A stretch of 42,052 bases of DNA from Promethearchaeota archaeon Loki_b31 (lineage in GTDB: Archaea; Asgardarchaeota; Lokiarchaeia; Sigyniarchaeales; SOKP01), in contig NJBI01000031.1 in the NCBI GenBank assembly GCA_005222975.1, positions 1 through 42,052 on the forward strand. Direction: 5' to 3'. Numbering within the stretch: position 1 is the first letter of the stretch; the number at the start of each line of letters is the position of its first letter. The notes beneath the pieces were generated by a model, which saw only the letters and a program-made list of their open reading frames with translations, was not told the origin of the DNA and ran no database searches. Positions 37,528 through 42,052 of the stretch are shown here, one piece after another. The position numbers and the translations under genes were made by a program.

Positions 37528-38631
37528 ATGAAAAAAATAATTTTAAATTTCGAAAAAAAGACCGACAATTTTAAAGATTTGGTGCAAGAAGCTTTTAACA
37601 TGAATTTCCTCAATTTCTTGCTCTCTGAAGAAACTTATTCCGAATTAGAAAAAATTGAACGAATTAACACTTTTACAAAAAATATTGAAATTCCCGCTAA
37701 GAATCTAATTTTTGGCAATCTAGAACAACTAAAAAAAGAAAAAAGGTTAGGAGTAAATTGTGGTTTTTTTATGGAATTAAAATTAAAAAACGATGAAAAA
37801 GCAGTAATAGACCTTTCCAAAACCAAAGAAGTTGATTTTATAATAGTATCGGCAAAAGATTGGAAAGTTATACCTTTTGAAAACCTTATAGCCGCAATGC
37901 ATACTACCGACACGGATCTAATTGCTTTGGTTGAAGACATTGAAGAAGCTGAATTAATGTTAAAAACATTGGAAATAGGGGTCGATGGAATCCTTATTAC
38001 TCCAAAAAATGTCAATGATATCGTTCAATTAAAATCACTAATTCAGCCTGGGATTAAAATTGAATTAGCTAAAGCAAAAATAACTAAAATACAAAATATA
38101 CCTGAGAGCGAGAGAGTTTGCGTAGATAGTACTTCTTTATTACAACCCGGTGAGGGATTTCTCGTTGGTTCAACGGCACTTGGTTTTGTACTTATACATT
38201 CTGAAACCTTTGAAACAACTTTTGTGAATTCTAGACCATTTCGTGTCAACGCAGGCGATGTATCAGCATATATCTTAGTTCCTAACGATGATCCTGAAAT
38301 GATCTATCAAACAAATTACCTAAGCGAATTAAAAGGTGGTAAGAGAGTCTTAGCTGTAAATTATAAAGGTGAAACTCGAATTGTTTCTATTGGACGCGTA
38401 AAAATCGAGATTCGACCAATGTTGAGATTTGAATTGGAAGTTTCTGAAGGCAACAAAAAAATCCCCTTGAGTTGTATATGTCAAAATGCCGAAACAATTC
38501 GGTTAGTGGATCCGGATGGTAAAGCTAAATCTGTTGTTGCTATTAAAATTGGCGACGAGGTTTTAGTACATATTGGACCAGGAGCGACTCATTTTGGAAC
38601 TGCCATAAAAGAATCAATTTTGGAGAAATAA
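37528..38631 (+). CDS. aroB': 3-dehydroquinate synthase II (archaeal)
   Basis: DWKVIPFENLIA, LEIGVDG, RVCVDSTS, SRPFRVNAG, YLSELK, GRVKIE, QNAETIRL, HFG. Confidence 0.94.
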   Translation: MKKIILNFEKKTDNFKDLVQEAFNMNFLNFLLSEETYSELEKIERINTFTKNIEIPAKNLIFGNLEQLKKEKRLGVNCGFFMELKLKNDEKAVIDLSKTKEVDFIIVSAKDWKVIPFENLIAAMHTTDTDLIALVEDIEEAELMLKTLEIGVDGILITPKNVNDIVQLKSLIQPGIKIELAKAKITKIQNIPESERVCVDSTSLLQPGEGFLVGSTALGFVLIHSETFETTFVNSRPFRVNAGDVSAYILVPNDDPEMIYQTNYLSELKGGKRVLAVNYKGETRIVSIGRVKIEIRPMLRFELEVSEGNKKIPLSCICQNAETIRLVDPDGKAKSVVAIKIGDEVLVHIGPGATHFGTAIKESILEK

Positions 38632-38683
38632 TCTTTTAATTAAATAAATTTATAATATCCTAATAAAATAAAACAAAAACCTT

Positions 38684-39928
38684 TTGATTAATATGACAAT
38701 TTATTGGGCGCCAATGCTTCATGCTTACCAACCTCCATACCAGGATGTTGGTGTTTTGCGAAAAATTAATAAAGAGTGTTATAAACCTCTATTTTCTATG
38801 TTAGAAGAGCACGAAAATATCAAAATCAGCCTAAACATAAATAGTAATCTTATTGAAATGTTCCATGAATGTGATTTAGAGGATACACTAGAGTTATTAA
38901 AAAATTTAGTTTCTGAAAACAAAATTGAAATTCTCGGAACTGCAAAATTTCATCCTATTCTTCCCTTAATACCAGAAAAAGAAGCTCAAAACCAAATTCG
39001 ATTAAATGAGGAGATTAATAGGTTGGAATTTCAAAAATGGGAGAGAAAGGGTTTTTTTCCGCCCGAAATGTCTATTAACTCTAAAGTTGCCAAATTTATT
39101 CAACAGTTAGGCTATAAATGGGTAATAATGAGCGGACTTGCTTGTCCAATTAAATGGCCCTATGATTACATATATTGCTCTCCAAATGGTTTACAGCTCT
39201 TTTTCAGAGACGATATTTTAAGCAACAAAATATCATTTAATCATATTAATGCAAAAGAATTCGTCAAAGATTTAAATGAAATTTTTAAAGACAAAAAAGG
39301 AATTAAGGATAAAGACAAATATATTATCACTGCGATGGATTCTGAGACATTTGGTCATCATATAAAAAAATATGAAAGAACATTTTTGAGTAAAGTTTTT
39401 GAACTTATTAACTCTCAGAAAGAAATTAAGATTGTATTTATATCCGATTTAGATAGATATTTTCCGATTCATAAAGAAAAAATAATTCCACGAGATTCAA
39501 GTTGGAGCACTACTCATGAGGATATAAAGGCACACATCCCGTTCCCATTGTGGGATCATCCTGATAATAGCATCCATAAGTTATATTGGAAGATAATGAG
39601 AAGCTTAAATAATTTAATGACCTTGTTAGAACACCTAGATTTAACTCAAGATTGGGAAGTAGAAAATTATTATAACACAGCTAGATGGTTTTATGATAAA
39701 GGAATTTGTTCGGACAGTACATGGTGGGCTAATCCTACTCGAGGGGCATGGAGTCCTAACTTGATTTATAAAGGAATTGAGTTTCTTATGAGATCTGCTC
39801 TTAATGCTCAACTAGCATTAGTTCACGCTAATCAATCTGATTTAGGAGAAGGATATTTTGATTCGATATTATTTTATCATAATCTATTACTTATGGAAAT
39901 TTACTCAATAACTAAAAAAAAAAAATAA
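38684..39928 (+). CDS. Glycoside hydrolase family 57
   Basis: HAYQP, HPILPLIP, nucleophile FFPPEM, acid/base AMDSETFGHH, SSW, SDSTWW. Confidence 0.9.
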   Translation: MINMTIYWAPMLHAYQPPYQDVGVLRKINKECYKPLFSMLEEHENIKISLNINSNLIEMFHECDLEDTLELLKNLVSENKIEILGTAKFHPILPLIPEKEAQNQIRLNEEINRLEFQKWERKGFFPPEMSINSKVAKFIQQLGYKWVIMSGLACPIKWPYDYIYCSPNGLQLFFRDDILSNKISFNHINAKEFVKDLNEIFKDKKGIKDKDKYIITAMDSETFGHHIKKYERTFLSKVFELINSQKEIKIVFISDLDRYFPIHKEKIIPRDSSWSTTHEDIKAHIPFPLWDHPDNSIHKLYWKIMRSLNNLMTLLEHLDLTQDWEVENYYNTARWFYDKGICSDSTWWANPTRGAWSPNLIYKGIEFLMRSALNAQLALVHANQSDLGEGYFDSILFYHNLLLMEIYSITKKKK

Positions 39929-40117
39929 AAGAGCAAATAAGATTGAAATCAAAGGATTTGAGTTAAAGACTTTAGAATACCTAACTCCTATAATTTCCCC
40001 GTTTGTTTACTATATTACTTTGATTGCTTCAAATAACAATAAACTATATAATTTTTAGTTTATATAATAAACTAAGTGCGCTTTGGTAGAAATTAATACC
40101 CTAATTTTTTGAGGATA

Positions 40118-41230
40118 ATGTCAAAAGAAAATGAAAAACAGCAAATAGTAAAACATTGCGTGTACTGTGGAACTCGAATTGAAGAAAACAAAATCTATTG
40201 TCCTAAATGTGGAAAACTCGTAGTAAAAATCGAGCCAAGCAAAGAAAAAAGTCGTCTTCAGAAAATAGGGGCAAAACCACCTCAAAAAAAAATTGCTTCA
40301 AGAAAATGTTCTGGTTGTGGTTCAATAATAACCTCTTCTGTATTAGAACAATGCCCTATATGTAATACTAAGCTAGAAAAGATACCACAACTTCAAGAAG
40401 CAAAATCAAGTGAAACACCTCTAAATAAAACGGGCTATATCTTTACGAATAAAAAGTTAGTGCCAGAACAAAAATTTATAATAAAAAAAGATACTTGGAA
40501 TTTTAGAGAGGGTATTAGCGTTTTTGGTAACTCCCTTATGGCATATATCATCATTCGATTGCTAATTACTATATTATTAACTTTCCAATTAGGCCCCTCT
40601 GATCCAATTGATTTAAATATTACAACAATACTATTAAGTCAAATTCCTGACATTATATTCGGGGTGTATCCCTTATGGTACATTTATTCAAAAAAACATA
40701 ATTTTCAAAAATTAAGGTTAAATTTTAAAACAAGACCATTTTTAATTGCGCTATTAACTGGTGTAATCGGCAGTATAGGATTAGTAATTATTGATAATTT
40801 CTCTTCGTTATTAATACATTTTATGTACGACTCCGGAATAAATTTTTTTGATATTTTTTCTTATTTAGATGAGCAATCTCTGGTAATCAAAAACACAGAT
40901 TTAATCTGGGTAATATTACTTATGGTTATTTTATCTTTATCTGCAATTTCTACAGAATTAGTATTTAGAGGAGTGTTACATAATACTCTAAAAGAACGTT
41001 TTGATAATGATTTACTAGGGAGGTCTTCAGTAGTTTTTATAATCGCGCTAATATACTCAGTTCTTTTTCTATTTTTTACTTTACCAATAGGAATATATTT
41101 CTTTTTAGTAAATTTCATGGTTTTTATATTTTTAGGTATACTTTATGAAGTTAATAAAAATATTCTCACCACGATTATTGCCAGCATCATCTACAATATT
41201 GCTCTTATTATCTTGATCGTGTATTTTTAA
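40118..41230 (+). CDS. Double zinc ribbon + CPBP (Abi/Rce1)-like membrane protein, catalytic motifs degenerate
   Basis: CVYCG...CPKCG and CSGCG...CPICN; several TM helices; STELVFRG. GAGG precedes the ATG at 40118. Confidence 0.8.
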   Translation: MSKENEKQQIVKHCVYCGTRIEENKIYCPKCGKLVVKIEPSKEKSRLQKIGAKPPQKKIASRKCSGCGSIITSSVLEQCPICNTKLEKIPQLQEAKSSETPLNKTGYIFTNKKLVPEQKFIIKKDTWNFREGISVFGNSLMAYIIIRLLITILLTFQLGPSDPIDLNITTILLSQIPDIIFGVYPLWYIYSKKHNFQKLRLNFKTRPFLIALLTGVIGSIGLVIIDNFSSLLIHFMYDSGINFFDIFSYLDEQSLVIKNTDLIWVILLMVILSLSAISTELVFRGVLHNTLKERFDNDLLGRSSVVFIIALIYSVLFLFFTLPIGIYFFLVNFMVFIFLGILYEVNKNILTTIIASIIYNIALIILIVYF

Positions 41231-41296
41231 TTTTTAGATCACTTTTCATTATCCTTTAATATAAAATTTTATAAAAAGAAAAATCACATATCTCTA

Positions 41297-41683
41297 GTGG
41301 TATTATTAGCTCGAGAACCGTTTTTTCTATATTTTGTATGTAGGAGAGGGTCATGGATACACCAAAATAACCGAGGAAAAAAGCATCCTCCACTGGATCC
41401 ACGAGGAATTATCAAGGATAGAGAAATTGACAGTAAATTTTTAGCAAGATATCAAGGAAATAATAGTAAGAAGGATTCTCGTTTAATTAGAGTTAAGTCT
41501 AGAAAGAAATGGAAAAAATCAATGCATGCTATGCCCGCAAAGTATTGCGAACTTACTAAATTAGGAAAAAAGCTTTACGCATACTTAAAACTTAATGGAA
41601 TGGTCCAATACATTGAAAATAATTATTCGACTGGAAATAATAAAGATTTTGTGAATAAATTTATAGCAAAGCCGTTAAAGTAA
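41297..41683 (+). CDS. Basic hypothetical protein, possibly winged-helix nucleic-acid binding
   Basis: GTG start downstream of TATA-like TTTATAAA; K/R-rich; wing-end-like YCELTKLGKKLY. Confidence 0.7.
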   Translation: MVLLAREPFFLYFVCRRGSWIHQNNRGKKHPPLDPRGIIKDREIDSKFLARYQGNNSKKDSRLIRVKSRKKWKKSMHAMPAKYCELTKLGKKLYAYLKLNGMVQYIENNYSTGNNKDFVNKFIAKPLK

Positions 41684-41716
41684 CTGGGAACAAACTAAAT
41701 GTGGTGAATGTCTATC

Positions 41717-41922
41717 CTTATCGTTCGGGCCGTAACACTTTGGTACCCAACGATAAGATCAGTAAATAAAAAAATGAGTAGAAAGGAAGACTCCTGCCAC
41801 CTCGACCTAAAGATAAGGTCAGAAACAAAATAGGGGGAGTATTATACGAGTGCTTTACGCACTACCAAAAGACAAAAATCCAGGGCGGGGCAGGAATCAT
41901 GGTTTAATTTCCCTATTTTATT
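41717..41922. ncRNA. Candidate structured non-coding RNA element
   Basis: GC-enriched intergenic island with five helices of 5-12 bp (see findings); no credible ORF. G-U wobbles favour the minus strand for 41789-41922. Confidence 0.45.
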
Positions 41923-42052
41923 TATTTTTTTTTATCGAGCACAATTTAATTGAGCTCTTGCAAAACTATAGAAATTTTATCTTTTCTTACGATATCTATT
42001 CTTTATTTTGTTAATATTTAAATCCTTCCTCTTTACCGAATTAGTACTACGC

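Noticed and set aside
7631-41118. Shadow ORFs in the track (7631, 8204, 9600, 10001, 17187, 18050, 20610, 21326, 25749, 27321, 28262, 28755, 29159, 32133, 33462, 34171, 36785, 37635, 38043, 40861)
   Set aside because: They overlap confidently identified genes or AT-rich promoter DNA and have antisense-like composition with no motifs.
41883-41900. Minus-strand GATTCCTGCCCCGCCC resembling a tRNA 3' end or att site
   Set aside because: No GTTC T-loop, no matching 5' T-stem or cloverleaf, no second copy; better explained by the long-range helix.
41789-41900. SECIS or C/D-box interpretation of the structured element (AUGA...GA, CUGA)
   Set aside because: Stem and loop geometry does not fit a SECIS kink-turn, the C box is degenerate, and no in-frame TGA selenoprotein is visible in the window.
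41977-42051. Open minus-strand frame (RSTNSVKRKDLNINKIKNRYRKKR*) as the end of a gene beyond the window
   Set aside because: Only 25 codons are visible; cannot be supported.
1-42052. CRISPR arrays, tRNA/rRNA genes, transposases, integrases, genome-wide TAG recoding
   Set aside because: None detected by eye; TAG terminates conserved full-length genes at their expected ends.

Overview
AT-rich (~30% GC) archaeal chromosome segment that reads as an Asgard archaeon, most likely Lokiarchaeia (inference from gene content: Snf7/ESCRT-III, Rab-like GTPase, roadblock protein, eukaryote-like presenilin, L35Ae, Mch, DHQ synthase II). Bases 1-~5400 form a decaying accessory/defence island: a wHTH-HEPN-like gene broken by an in-frame TAG, two translationally coupled PIN nucleases, a C-terminally truncated DUF262 (GmrSD-like) gene, and an acidic repeat ORF whose last ~210 nt jump to ~52% GC. 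The rest is core genome: gcvT-H-PA-PB, MTAP, beta-CASP nuclease, DHH/RecJ-Cdc45 nuclease, Mch, glycosyltransferases, proteases, XPD, hydrolases and GH57. Strongest candidates for new biology: (1) a ~704-aa protein convergent with Snf7 that appears to join a FYVE/B-box-like Zn module, a coiled coil, a GLUE/PH-like domain, an N/Q/P/Y-rich disordered region and a Vps23-type steadiness box, i.e. a possible one-chain ESCRT-0/I/II-like adaptor; (2) an unannotated GC-rich, highly base-paired element at ~41.7-41.9 kb that looks like a structured RNA with alternative or pseudoknotted pairings. All domain calls come from motif recognition by eye; no database searches were run.
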